Origin: an uncultured archaeon
GTDB lineage: Archaea; Iainarchaeota; Iainarchaeia; Iainarchaeales; CSSED10-239
Length of the DNA: 27,607 bases
NCBI GenBank assembly: GCA_964496765.1
Contig: CAZCAP010000009.1
Span: 2,741 to 30,347, forward strand
Direction of reading: 5' to 3'
In this document: positions 9,043 to 16,727 of the stretch, one piece after another
Numbering within the stretch: position 1 is the first letter of the stretch
Layout of the letters: each line of letters starts with the position of its first letter
Program-made: the position numbers and the translations under genes
The notes under the pieces: model-generated
Databases searched by the model: none
Told to the model about the DNA's origin: nothing
The model's input: only the letters and a program-made list of their open reading frames with translations

Positions 9043-9612
9043 ATGCAAATTAAAACAATACCACTATCAAACTTAAAAACGGCAGATGATTTACAACAAC
9101 AAATACTTAATCCAACACACAAAAAGAGATATAGAACATATGGATATATAAAAAATAGTTACAACCGAAACTCGTCTTTATTTGTTGGCGCTTATGATAA
9201 ACACAAATTAATTGGCATTGTTTTTGGGCATATTAAAAAAAACAAAATTTTACTTGGAGAAATGGCAATTTTAAAAGAATACAGAAATAAAGGTATTGGT
9301 AGTAAATTAATTACTTTTTTTGAGAAACAAGTAAAAAGATCTGACAAAAAATATATTGAACTAGGTGCTTTTGGAGACGCCGAAAAATTTTATATTAAGA
9401 ACAAATATACGCCGCTACTATTTGCACAAATTTACTACAATAAAGTTCCAAAAAACTACACTAAATTTGGATTAAATATTATAAAAGAAACAAATTATAA
9501 AGACGCAAAAAGATGTTTTATAGAAATAAAATATGATCCAAAATTAAAAATTAAAATACAAAAACAACTCAAGGCATATAATGTTATTTATTTATTTAGA
9601 AAAAAAATCTGA
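9043..9612 (+). CDS. GNAT-family N-acetyltransferase
   Basis: 189 aa. Acetyl-CoA binding motif A is present (MAILKEYRNKGIGSKLITFFEKQ). The 3' end overlaps the convergent 77-aa gene by 21 nt. Confidence 0.8.
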   Translation: MQIKTIPLSNLKTADDLQQQILNPTHKKRYRTYGYIKNSYNRNSSLFVGAYDKHKLIGIVFGHIKKNKILLGEMAILKEYRNKGIGSKLITFFEKQVKRSDKKYIELGAFGDAEKFYIKNKYTPLLFAQIYYNKVPKNYTKFGLNIIKETNYKDAKRCFIEIKYDPKLKIKIQKQLKAYNVIYLFRKKI

Positions 9613-9825
9613 TGGTGATATGATAAGACACAAGTCCGAAATAATTTGCTTTGCAATTAAGTAATTGGATGTATGTTTAATTAGCTCTGGTTTATTTCTT
9701 ATTTCCTGTATTTGGTTGTAAATTTGCTTTGAATGTTTGGAAGAATACTCCAAAATTATATTCTTATGAGTAATAATAAAATAAATTTTATTTGTATCCT
9801 CCCTATATAATATTTTTAACATCAT
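9592..9825 (-). CDS. Small protein coupled to the radical SAM gene (possible PqqD/RRE-like peptide-binding partner)
   Basis: The track ORF 9592..9843 starts at a TTG that overlaps the rSAM gene. The first ATG (9825) lies 2 nt after the rSAM stop (TGA at 9828-9830), giving 77 aa (MMLKILYREDTNKIYFIITHKNIILEYSSKHSKQIYNQIQEIRNKPELIKH...). The predicted strand-strand-strand-then-helices order is compatible with an RRE fold. This is inference only. Confidence 0.45.
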   Translation of the reverse strand: MMLKILYREDTNKIYFIITHKNIILEYSSKHSKQIYNQIQEIRNKPELIKHTSNYLIAKQIISDLCLIISPSDFFSK

Positions 9826-9827
9826 AA

Positions 9828-10862
9828 TCACTTCACTAAACAATAATCTATATCATCATATATATTTTTATTCAAAATATCTAACTGTATTGGGCATCGC
9901 CCACATTTAGATCGTAATTTACAATTTGGACAACCAATTATTTGTTGTTCCCGCCAATATTTAAATTGATAAGAATTCCAAACAAATATAACCCTTTTTG
10001 GATCAGTTAACTTCACACTAAAATCTGGCTTGAATTTAGTATATTCTATCAAAGGACAAGGATATGCAATCTTATCCACAGATATATGATAATAATGTAT
10101 ACCACCGCCACACTCAAACACATATTTTTTACCATCTATTCTCTTAAAATCAGAAATATCTAAATCAATATTATATAAATCACACAATTTATTTAATTTA
10201 TTTGAAAAACCATCACAAAATAATTTAAATATGGCATTGGATTCAATATCAGTTTTATTTAGATGACCACGTCCTTTTTGTAATAAAGGGCCAATTACCC
10301 ATTTATTCACACCTAATTTGTGTAAATACTCTGGAAATTTTAACAATTGATTATAATTTTTTGAATGAACCAAAGTACCTATCGTCACAAAAATGTTTTT
10401 ATTAGTTAAATCCTTTATGGTGTTTATTGTTTTTAAAAAAATAATTTTATTTCTTCTTTTTGGATCTCTAATAAAGGTATGTGAAAGTGGGGTAATTCCA
10501 TCTAGTGAAACCTTAACTGATAGAAGCATTTTTGATTCCACAATTTTATTGACTAATTGATTAGAAAATAAACCATTTGTAGTTAAACAATAAGGTAATT
10601 CAATATTATCTAGGTAATTAATTATATTCTTAAAATCAGGATGTAAAGTTGGTTCCCCCCCAGAAATAGTCACATAGATTATATTTTGATTTTTCAAGTA
10701 TAAAAATAACTTTTTTAAATAATTTATAGAAAGTTTTTTTTTAACTATGCCATATGATCCATAACAATGAAGACATCTTAAATCACAGTCACTTGTTATA
10801 GATATATTAACATGCAAAGGTGCGATTTTAGGAAGTATATTTTCCAGTGTTTTTCTATTCAT
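9828..10862 (-). CDS. Radical SAM enzyme with C-terminal SPASM (auxiliary 4Fe-4S) domain
   Basis: 344 aa. CxxxCxxC motif (SDCDLRCLHCYG) and SAM-binding GGEPTL are present. The C-terminal Cys constellation is FECGGG...AYPCP ... GCPNCKLRSKCGRCP ... DYC, typical of SPASM/twitch peptide-modifying maturases. Confidence 0.9.
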   Translation of the reverse strand: MNRKTLENILPKIAPLHVNISITSDCDLRCLHCYGSYGIVKKKLSINYLKKLFLYLKNQNIIYVTISGGEPTLHPDFKNIINYLDNIELPYCLTTNGLFSNQLVNKIVESKMLLSVKVSLDGITPLSHTFIRDPKRRNKIIFLKTINTIKDLTNKNIFVTIGTLVHSKNYNQLLKFPEYLHKLGVNKWVIGPLLQKGRGHLNKTDIESNAIFKLFCDGFSNKLNKLCDLYNIDLDISDFKRIDGKKYVFECGGGIHYYHISVDKIAYPCPLIEYTKFKPDFSVKLTDPKRVIFVWNSYQFKYWREQQIIGCPNCKLRSKCGRCPIQLDILNKNIYDDIDYCLVK

Positions 10863-10876
10863 TATAAAACAAATCT

Positions 10877-11002
10877 TTAATACTGATTATGACTACATTC
10901 GTTACTTTCCATCTTTTTAAGTAGTTTGAAATGTATTTCTTTATTATTAACTCTTATTTTTTTGGATTCAGTATTTATCGCAATTGCTGCTGTAGATATC
11001 AT
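10877..11002 (-). CDS. Candidate precursor peptide (41 aa) upstream of the radical SAM/SPASM gene
   Basis: ORF is below the track cutoff and was translated by hand: MISTAAIAINTESKKIRVNNKEIHFKLLKKMESNECSHNQY. GGTGA (11011-11007) lies 4 nt (TTTT) upstream of the ATG, the same GGTGATTTTATG context as the Sm gene. An AT-rich TATA-like stretch lies upstream. The TAA stop at 10879-10877 is 14 nt before the rSAM ATG. Confidence 0.45.
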   Translation of the reverse strand: MISTAAIAINTESKKIRVNNKEIHFKLLKKMESNECSHNQY

Positions 11003-11031
11003 AAAATCACCAAATATATTAAATAACAATT

Positions 11032-11049
11032 TATATTTAAATATATCTT
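11032..11049 (-). promoter_or_regulatory. TATA-like promoter element for the peptide/rSAM operon
   Basis: The minus strand reads AAGATATATTTAAATATA, 30-47 nt upstream of the peptide ATG. It follows the oligo-T tract that ends the 5S gene. Confidence 0.35.
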
Positions 11050-11080
11050 TTTATAAATAAGAAATTCAAAAAAAATATTA

Positions 11081-11106
11081 AAAAGAAAAAAATAGAAATA
11101 TAAAAT
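11081..11106 (-). terminator. Oligo-T termination tract downstream of the 5S rRNA
   Basis: The minus strand directly after the 5S 3' end reads CATTTTATATTTCTATTTTTTTCTTTT. Archaeal RNA polymerase terminates at oligo-T runs. Confidence 0.4.
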
Positions 11107-11222
11107 GTTAGCAACTATCTAGACGCACCTTGCAGAAACAAGTAGCATGCAAAACCGGAAATGAACTTAACTTCTGGGTTCGGAAAGGGTCCAGGTGTTT
11201 CTTCATCCCTTTGGTCGCTAAC
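11107..11222 (-). rRNA. rrf: 5S ribosomal RNA (stand-alone)
   Basis: The minus strand reads GTTAGCGACCAAAGGGATGAAGAAACACCTGGACCCTTTCCGAACCCAGAAGTTAAGTTCATTTCCGGTTTTGCATGCTACTTGTTTCTGCAAGGTGCGTCTAGATAGTTGCTAAC (116 nt). It contains the universal 5S core CCGAACCC-GAAGTTAAG, and terminal helix I pairs (TTAGCGAC/GTTGCTAA). The region is a local GC-rich island in AT-rich DNA. Ends are +/- a few nt. Confidence 0.9.
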
Positions 11223-11242
11223 AATATAATTAGGAGAAGAAA

Positions 11243-11252
11243 CATTTAAAAA
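11243..11252 (-). promoter_or_regulatory. TATA box candidate for the 5S rRNA
   Basis: The minus strand reads TTTTTAAATG, centred about 26 nt upstream of the inferred 5S 5' end. A second TTTTAAATATA lies at 11264-11274. Confidence 0.4.
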
Positions 11253-11289
11253 TAGATTGTTCGTATATTTAAAAGATGAAAAAGAAATG

Positions 11290-11841
11290 CTATTCAGCAT
11301 CTCCCTTAACCTTCTTTAGTAGTGCTTTAACTTTATTAACACTCTTTCTAATATCATCCTCTGTTTTAGCACCAGCACATATTAACTTACCATTCTTGAA
11401 TAGAAGAATAGTTATCTTTGGATTGTAAAGTCTTATGATTGCTCCAGGAAATTGTTCTGGCTCATACTCAATATCATCAAGAGTTACTGCTGCTTCAAAT
11501 AAATCAACAGTTTTACCAAGACTAGAGGTCGCAACAAGATTAACAATCTCATATTTAGGTGTTTTCTTTACAGACACTTCCTTTTGAATTTCAGAGATTA
11601 GTTTCATTGCTTTCCTAATTCCAGCAACTATGTCTTTTTCGGATGCAGCACCAGATATAATTATCTTACCATTCTTAAATAACAGAAGAGATACCTTTGG
11701 TTCTTTTATTTTAAAAATAGCACCAGGAAATTGCTCTGGTTCGTACTCAACGTCAGGTATTGCAGCAGCAAGATTATATAAATCAAGTGTTGTTCCAAGT
11801 GAACTTGATGCAACCAGGTTAACTATTGTATAGTTACTCAT
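11290..11841 (-). CDS. tbp: TATA-box binding protein
   Basis: 183 aa with two direct repeats: IVNLVASSSLGTTLDL...EYEPEQFPGAIFKIKEPKVSLLLFKNGKIIISGAASEKDI and IVNLVATSSLGKTVDL...EYEPEQFPGAIIRLYNPKITILLFKNGKLICAGAKTEDDI. Confidence 0.95.
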   Translation of the reverse strand: MSNYTIVNLVASSSLGTTLDLYNLAAAIPDVEYEPEQFPGAIFKIKEPKVSLLLFKNGKIIISGAASEKDIVAGIRKAMKLISEIQKEVSVKKTPKYEIVNLVATSSLGKTVDLFEAAVTLDDIEYEPEQFPGAIIRLYNPKITILLFKNGKLICAGAKTEDDIRKSVNKVKALLKKVKGDAE

Positions 11842-12155
11842 ATTTAATTCCTCACAATCTTTTTATGTTTAATGTATTTTATTAATTTAATAGAATTTGA
11901 ATTGTATGACGCTCTAGATATATACTATAAACAAAACATTTAAAAAGGGGCTTTTAAAGGATTATAAATGAAACAGGTTTTTCTAGATCTCCGGAAATAA
12001 AAATACTTTTTAAAAGTAACTATATATAAATATATATAGAAATGTCAAAAATAAATTTGAATTATTCATTTATTAGTATAGATGATTTTTTAGTAAATAA
12101 GTTTTTGATAGAGAGAAATAATATTTCTTTAAAAAATTACAAGAAGGGATCATAA

Positions 12156-12500
12156 ATGACAAACAAAAAACCAATTGGAAAAAGAGCAAGAACAAGATAC
12201 AAATATAGTAGAGGAGTTAGAGACAAAACAACAATAAATGATATTATTAAGCCAATCAAGATAGGAGATGTTGTAGCTATTAAAGTTAATAGTTCATTCC
12301 ATGAGGGAATGCCCTTTAGAAGAACACATGGGATTACTGGAAAGGTTATTGGAATACAAGGAAAGGTTCCAATAGTAGAAATCTATGATGGAAATATGAA
12401 AAAGAAGATTGTGGTTCATAGAGCACACCTTAAACAGATATTAAATAAACCTAAATCAGAAATTAAAAAGGTAAATAAATCTAAAAGTGAGAAAAAATGA
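12156..12500 (+). CDS. rpl21e: 50S ribosomal protein L21e
   Basis: 114 aa. GKRARTRYKYSRGVRDKT ... FHEGMPFRRTHGITGKVIG matches L21e. The stop overlaps the rpoF start (ATGA, 12497-12500). Confidence 0.9.
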   Translation: MTNKKPIGKRARTRYKYSRGVRDKTTINDIIKPIKIGDVVAIKVNSSFHEGMPFRRTHGITGKVIGIQGKVPIVEIYDGNMKKKIVVHRAHLKQILNKPKSEIKKVNKSKSEKK

Positions 12501-12823
12501 ACTCTGAATATATAGAAGACATGTCAGTATCTGAAATTAAAAAATTATTAACTGCAAGAGGAAAAGACAAGGAACTTAATTATGAGCAAAAGCTTGCTTT
12601 TGAACATTCAAAATTATTTACTAAGTTAACTCCAGCTAATGCAGAGAAGATAAAAGGAATATTAATTGAAAAGTATCAAATGACAAATGAGCTTGCAAAT
12701 AAGATAGCAGATATTCTACCAAACCAGGTTGAACTTGATCTAATATTTGAAAAAGAAGACACCTACAATGATGAACAAAAGGAAGAAATAATTGCTCTTA
12801 TTGAAAAATATAGAAAAGAATAG
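12497..12823 (+). CDS. rpoF: DNA-directed RNA polymerase subunit F (Rpo4)
   Basis: 108 aa helical protein (LNYEQKLAFEHSKLF...ANKIADILPNQVELDLIF). It occupies the RpoF slot of the conserved archaeal L21e-RpoF-DUF655-KsgA gene order. Confidence 0.8.
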   Translation: MNSEYIEDMSVSEIKKLLTARGKDKELNYEQKLAFEHSKLFTKLTPANAEKIKGILIEKYQMTNELANKIADILPNQVELDLIFEKEDTYNDEQKEEIIALIEKYRKE

Positions 12824-12845
12824 AATAAATCAACGAGAAACAAAC

Positions 12846-13373
12846 ATGTTAATTAAAAAAGAAGCAATAGTTCTTGATAAACTCAAGAAAGAAATTAGAT
12901 TCAAACAAACACAGGTACTTTTATGTATTGGTACCTCAAACTTCTCTCTTCTTGAAGTAATTACTGATGATTCAGTAAAGATCTATGATGTAATAGACAC
13001 AGAGAACATGATTGTTAGAAGAATCACCTATGATAGACTATCAAGTGATGCAAAAAAGGAACTTGAAAAAGCAGTTGAAGGATTAGTAATTAAAAATCCA
13101 GATAGATTTGTTAATTTTTTCAATAATGCTAAACCAATTAGCCTTAAGAGACATCAGCTTGATCTTCTTCCAATGATTGGAAAGAAGCACAGGGATGCTA
13201 TTCTTGAGCACATTAGAACAAAAGGTAAGTTCAATAATCTTGAAGAAATAAAAAACATAGAAATGCTTCCAGATCCACTTAACATAGTTGTAAATAGAAT
13301 TATTGAAGAGATCCAACTAGGACCAGAAAATAAATACTGTTTATTTACTATGCCTTTTCTTAAGCGTTTCTAA
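12846..13373 (+). CDS. DUF655/COG1491-family putative RNA/nucleotide-binding protein (HhH-containing)
   Basis: FVNFFNNAKPISLKRHQLDLLPMIGKKHRDAILEHIRTKGKFNNLEEIK is the DUF655 signature. The track start 12792 overlaps rpoF by 32 nt, so I prefer the ATG at 12846 (MLIKKEAIVLD...). Confidence 0.8.
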   Translation: MLIKKEAIVLDKLKKEIRFKQTQVLLCIGTSNFSLLEVITDDSVKIYDVIDTENMIVRRITYDRLSSDAKKELEKAVEGLVIKNPDRFVNFFNNAKPISLKRHQLDLLPMIGKKHRDAILEHIRTKGKFNNLEEIKNIEMLPDPLNIVVNRIIEEIQLGPENKYCLFTMPFLKRF

Positions 13374-13397
13374 TAAATAAAAAATGAATGTGAAAAA

Positions 13398-14189
13398 ATG
13401 ATTAAAGATCTTTATGGTTTAATGTTAAGATATGGATTTAAGCCAGACCACAAGCTTGATCAAAATTTTTGCATTGATGCTAATGTTCTTAAGAAGGTTA
13501 TTACTCTTCTTGATCCTAAAAAAGATGATGTTATTCTGGAGATTGGACCAGGACTTGGTTTTTTAACAAAGGATATTGTTAAACACGTGAAAAAAGTTGT
13601 GGTTGTTGAAAAGGATCCAATCATGACAAAAATTCTTGAAACTGAAATTCTTTCGGATAACCTATTAATAATTGAGGATGATTTTTTAAAAGTAAATATT
13701 AATGATATTAAACCCACAAAGATTGTTGGGTTCATTCCCTATTCCATTTCTCAAGAAATACTAGAAAAAATTAATGCAAGCGTTCCTACAATTCTGATTG
13801 TTCAAAGAGAATATGCTGAAAAAGTAACTGCTCACGAAGGATTTACAAAATATGTAGCTCAAAGTGTGCTTGCTCAAAGCTATTCAAAAATTAAACTTGA
13901 AGCAAAAATAAAAAGAAATTCATTTTTTCCTGTTCCTCCTTGTGAATCTGCAATAATATCTCTTTATCCGATTGAAAAGAAGCAGGATGAACTATATAAT
14001 AAATTTGTGAAAGGCATTTTTAGATATCCAAATAAGGATCTAATGAATGCAATTTCATTTGGAAAAAAAGAAAAGGATTATAAATTTACAAAAATAAATT
14101 TAGATAAGATTCAAAAGAAGTATGGAACTCAGAAAGTTAAATCTCTCTCTGTAAAAGAAATTAAAGAGATTTATAATTTAATAAAATAA
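13398..14189 (+). CDS. rsmA: 16S rRNA (adenine-N6,N6)-dimethyltransferase KsgA/RsmA/Dim1
   Basis: 263 aa. LDQNFCIDANVLKKV (GQNFL-type motif) and the SAM-binding ILEIGPGLGFLT are present, and the gene sits in the conserved context. Confidence 0.9.
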   Translation: MIKDLYGLMLRYGFKPDHKLDQNFCIDANVLKKVITLLDPKKDDVILEIGPGLGFLTKDIVKHVKKVVVVEKDPIMTKILETEILSDNLLIIEDDFLKVNINDIKPTKIVGFIPYSISQEILEKINASVPTILIVQREYAEKVTAHEGFTKYVAQSVLAQSYSKIKLEAKIKRNSFFPVPPCESAIISLYPIEKKQDELYNKFVKGIFRYPNKDLMNAISFGKKEKDYKFTKINLDKIQKKYGTQKVKSLSVKEIKEIYNLIK

Positions 14190-14196
14190 ATTCTAT

Positions 14197-15708
14197 TTAC
14201 TCAATTTCTTCTAGGATCATTGAATCAAATCTTAGGGCTTTGTTTTCTTGATAGTATTTGGTTGAATAATCAAGCTTATCCTTTGAATTGGAATATATTT
14301 CAAGAACCTTGTCTCCGTTCTTAACCTGCTCACCAACATACCTGCAAAGAAGAACTCCTGCCTCCTTGTCTTCAGGAGCACCAGCACTTCTAGCAATCTT
14401 TGTTAATACCTCTATATCCCATGATTCTATTTTCCCATCCTCATAGGAAAATATTTCCTGCTTGTATTTTGCATCTTTGATTTGATCTGAAGAAGTTATT
14501 GTTCCACCCTGAGCTTTAATTATTTCTTGCATCTTAATTAATGCTTTTCCGCTTACTAGGGTTTCCTTTGCTAAACTAAATCCTTCTCCTTCTTTACATC
14601 TTCCTGCAAGCTCAAGCAATTCTCCTGCAAGAAGACAGGATTTATTTGCAAGATTATCAAAATATCTACCTTCGAGTATTCTCATAACCTCTCTTGCTTC
14701 TAGAGCAGCACCAAAGGCTCTTCCACATGGTTCTTCACCATCAGTTAATATTGCTTTTGTTTTAATCCCAAGGGATTTACTTACGCTTATTAATTTTCTT
14801 GCTAATCTTTCTGCACTTTCCTTATCTTTAACCTTCATCTTACTTCCAACAGGAACATCAATTACAAGATGGGTTGCTCCTGCACTTTTCTTTTTAGAAA
14901 GAATGGATGCAATCATTATTCCTTCTGGATTAATTGATAGAGCATGTTCAACCTTAATAATTGTATTATCAACTGGGCATAAATCGAATTTTCCTTCCCA
15001 GGCAATAACAGCTCCTGTTTTTTCAAGAATCTTCTTAATCTCTGGAAGAGTAAATCCAACTGGAGCTAGTGCTTCCATACAATCAGCAGTTCCTGCTGCG
15101 GATGCAATTGATCTTGATGCGGTTTTAGGCATGAAATAACCTAGAGATGAAATAATGGGAGTTAGTATCATTGAAACCCTACCATTTATTCCTCCAATTG
15201 AATGTTTGTCCAGTATTTCTTTTTTACCATAGTCAAGTAAATCTCCTGCATCAATTAATGCATTGCAAAGGTGTGTGGACTCTTCAAGATTCATGCCATT
15301 AATGTAGCAAGCTGTTACAAAAGAGGATAGTTCCAGATCAGTTACCTTATTATCTTCAATATCTTTTACAATTTCATAGACTTCATCTTTTGATAATGTT
15401 TTGTTTTTAATTTTATTAATTATATAGGTTATTGATTTGGTAGGAGGTAGAAGATTAATTGTAACCATTGCATTATTTTCAAGTTTAAGTTGTTGAGCAA
15501 CATTTTTGAATAAACCAATTGTCCCTACATCAACAAAGGTCAAAGAGGTATCTAGGATACAGGTGTTTTTTTCTTTGGTTGTAGATATTTCAATTCTTGA
15601 AAGATAACCAGCATCTATTTTTCTTGCATCATCTACATTTAGAACACAAACAGGAACCTCAGCAGTAATGTCAAGAACCTTAACCTTTAATTGAATAGTT
15701 ACAGTCAT
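14197..15708 (-). CDS. deoA: AMP phosphorylase / archaeal-type thymidine phosphorylase family protein
   Basis: 503 aa. It has the N-terminal extra domain typical of archaeal AMP phosphorylase plus the glycosyl-transferase family 3 core (DKHSIGGINGRVSMILTPII, TASRSIASAAGTADCME). Confidence 0.85.
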   Translation of the reverse strand: MTVTIQLKVKVLDITAEVPVCVLNVDDARKIDAGYLSRIEISTTKEKNTCILDTSLTFVDVGTIGLFKNVAQQLKLENNAMVTINLLPPTKSITYIINKIKNKTLSKDEVYEIVKDIEDNKVTDLELSSFVTACYINGMNLEESTHLCNALIDAGDLLDYGKKEILDKHSIGGINGRVSMILTPIISSLGYFMPKTASRSIASAAGTADCMEALAPVGFTLPEIKKILEKTGAVIAWEGKFDLCPVDNTIIKVEHALSINPEGIMIASILSKKKSAGATHLVIDVPVGSKMKVKDKESAERLARKLISVSKSLGIKTKAILTDGEEPCGRAFGAALEAREVMRILEGRYFDNLANKSCLLAGELLELAGRCKEGEGFSLAKETLVSGKALIKMQEIIKAQGGTITSSDQIKDAKYKQEIFSYEDGKIESWDIEVLTKIARSAGAPEDKEAGVLLCRYVGEQVKNGDKVLEIYSNSKDKLDYSTKYYQENKALRFDSMILEEIE

Positions 15709-15739
15709 TTTTCATCTTTTTCCTTTTTTTGATTTGAAT

Positions 15740-16057
15740 TTACAAGCTATCAATAACCTGCTTTAACATGGTTTTTGAAAGCATGCCTACCTGAGTTTTA
15801 ACTAATTTACTGTTTTTAAAAAACAATATTGTTGGAATAGACATTACTCCAAACTTAGATGCAAGATCCTGTGCCTCATCAACATTTACTTTCCCGCAAT
15901 AAACATTTGGGTTTTCAGTTGAGAATTCTTCAAATATCTTACTGAACATTTGACAGGGCCCACACCAGGCAGCCCAGAAATCGATTATGGCTATTTCCTT
16001 ATTAGTTATTTCCTTATCAAAATTTGAATTATCAAGATGTGCAATCTTTCCTGTCAT
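15740..16057 (-). CDS. trxA: Thioredoxin
   Basis: 105 aa with the WCGPC active site (FWAAWCGPCQMF) and the cis-Pro motif (SIPTILFF). GGTGA lies upstream of the ATG. Confidence 0.9.
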   Translation of the reverse strand: MTGKIAHLDNSNFDKEITNKEIAIIDFWAAWCGPCQMFSKIFEEFSTENPNVYCGKVNVDEAQDLASKFGVMSIPTILFFKNSKLVKTQVGMLSKTMLKQVIDSL

Positions 16058-16187
16058 AGTAAATCACCTGTTTTTATTTTTGTTTCTAATATATAAATAT
16101 AATATAACTATATAATTAAAAATCATAGTATATATATAATTATTTATTAGGTAATTATTTAGAAACTATATAAAATTAAGATTAATT

Positions 16188-16718
16188 ATGGGACCAACTA
16201 AAAAAATACTGATTAAGAAGACTCAATCAAGGAAATCACTAGTGGAAAAACCAAAACCAGAAAAAATTAATTTACAGGTGCCTCCTATGGAGGAAATAAT
16301 TAATAGGCTTAAGAAAGATAATGCAATGCTTGATAGGGTTAGAAAGGCCCATGATCCAAACTATATATCCACCTATAAAGGATTTGTCCCTCTAGAAATT
16401 AGAAGGAAGCCAAGAATTAACAAAACAAGAGAAGAAAACTATAGGGATAGTATACTTGATAGAAGCATAAAACCAAACCAGAAATCTAGCTTACTAACGG
16501 ACACAATAACTAATAGAAGATTAGTTAAGATTCTTGCAAAAAATTATTCAGCAACACTTAGAGATGCAATAGAAATAAGTGAGATGCTATTAACATTGAA
16601 TCAAGCTCAGCTTAGTGGGACTCTTTATTACATTGAGCAACACACCTTTCCAATAGTTAAGCTAAAGAAGAAGATAAAGGTAATTCAAGAGAATTGTTTT
16701 GCACTTAATGCAAAATAG
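16188..16718 (+). CDS. Hypothetical basic protein
   Basis: 176-aa ORF filling an otherwise empty gap, with a Lys/Arg-rich N-terminal half. No family recognised. Confidence 0.55.
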   Translation: MGPTKKILIKKTQSRKSLVEKPKPEKINLQVPPMEEIINRLKKDNAMLDRVRKAHDPNYISTYKGFVPLEIRRKPRINKTREENYRDSILDRSIKPNQKSSLLTDTITNRRLVKILAKNYSATLRDAIEISEMLLTLNQAQLSGTLYYIEQHTFPIVKLKKKIKVIQENCFALNAK

Positions 16719-16727
16719 CAAGTTCAA

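Noticed and set aside
11115-11300. 61-aa ORF on the minus strand from the ORF track
   Set aside because: It lies almost entirely within the 5S rRNA gene and its promoter region. The open frame is a by-product of the GC-rich RNA sequence.
12042-12155. 37-aa ORF ending directly at the L21e start codon (possible uORF)
   Set aside because: The TATA-like stretch sits immediately before its ATG, too close for it to be transcribed from that promoter with an RBS. The sequence is low-information and AT-rich. It is more likely the 5' UTR of rpl21e.
12792-12845. Upstream start (12792) for the DUF655 gene given by the ORF track
   Set aside because: It would overlap rpoF by 32 nt and add a non-conserved-looking N-terminus. 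The ATG at 12846, after the rpoF stop, is the more parsimonious start.
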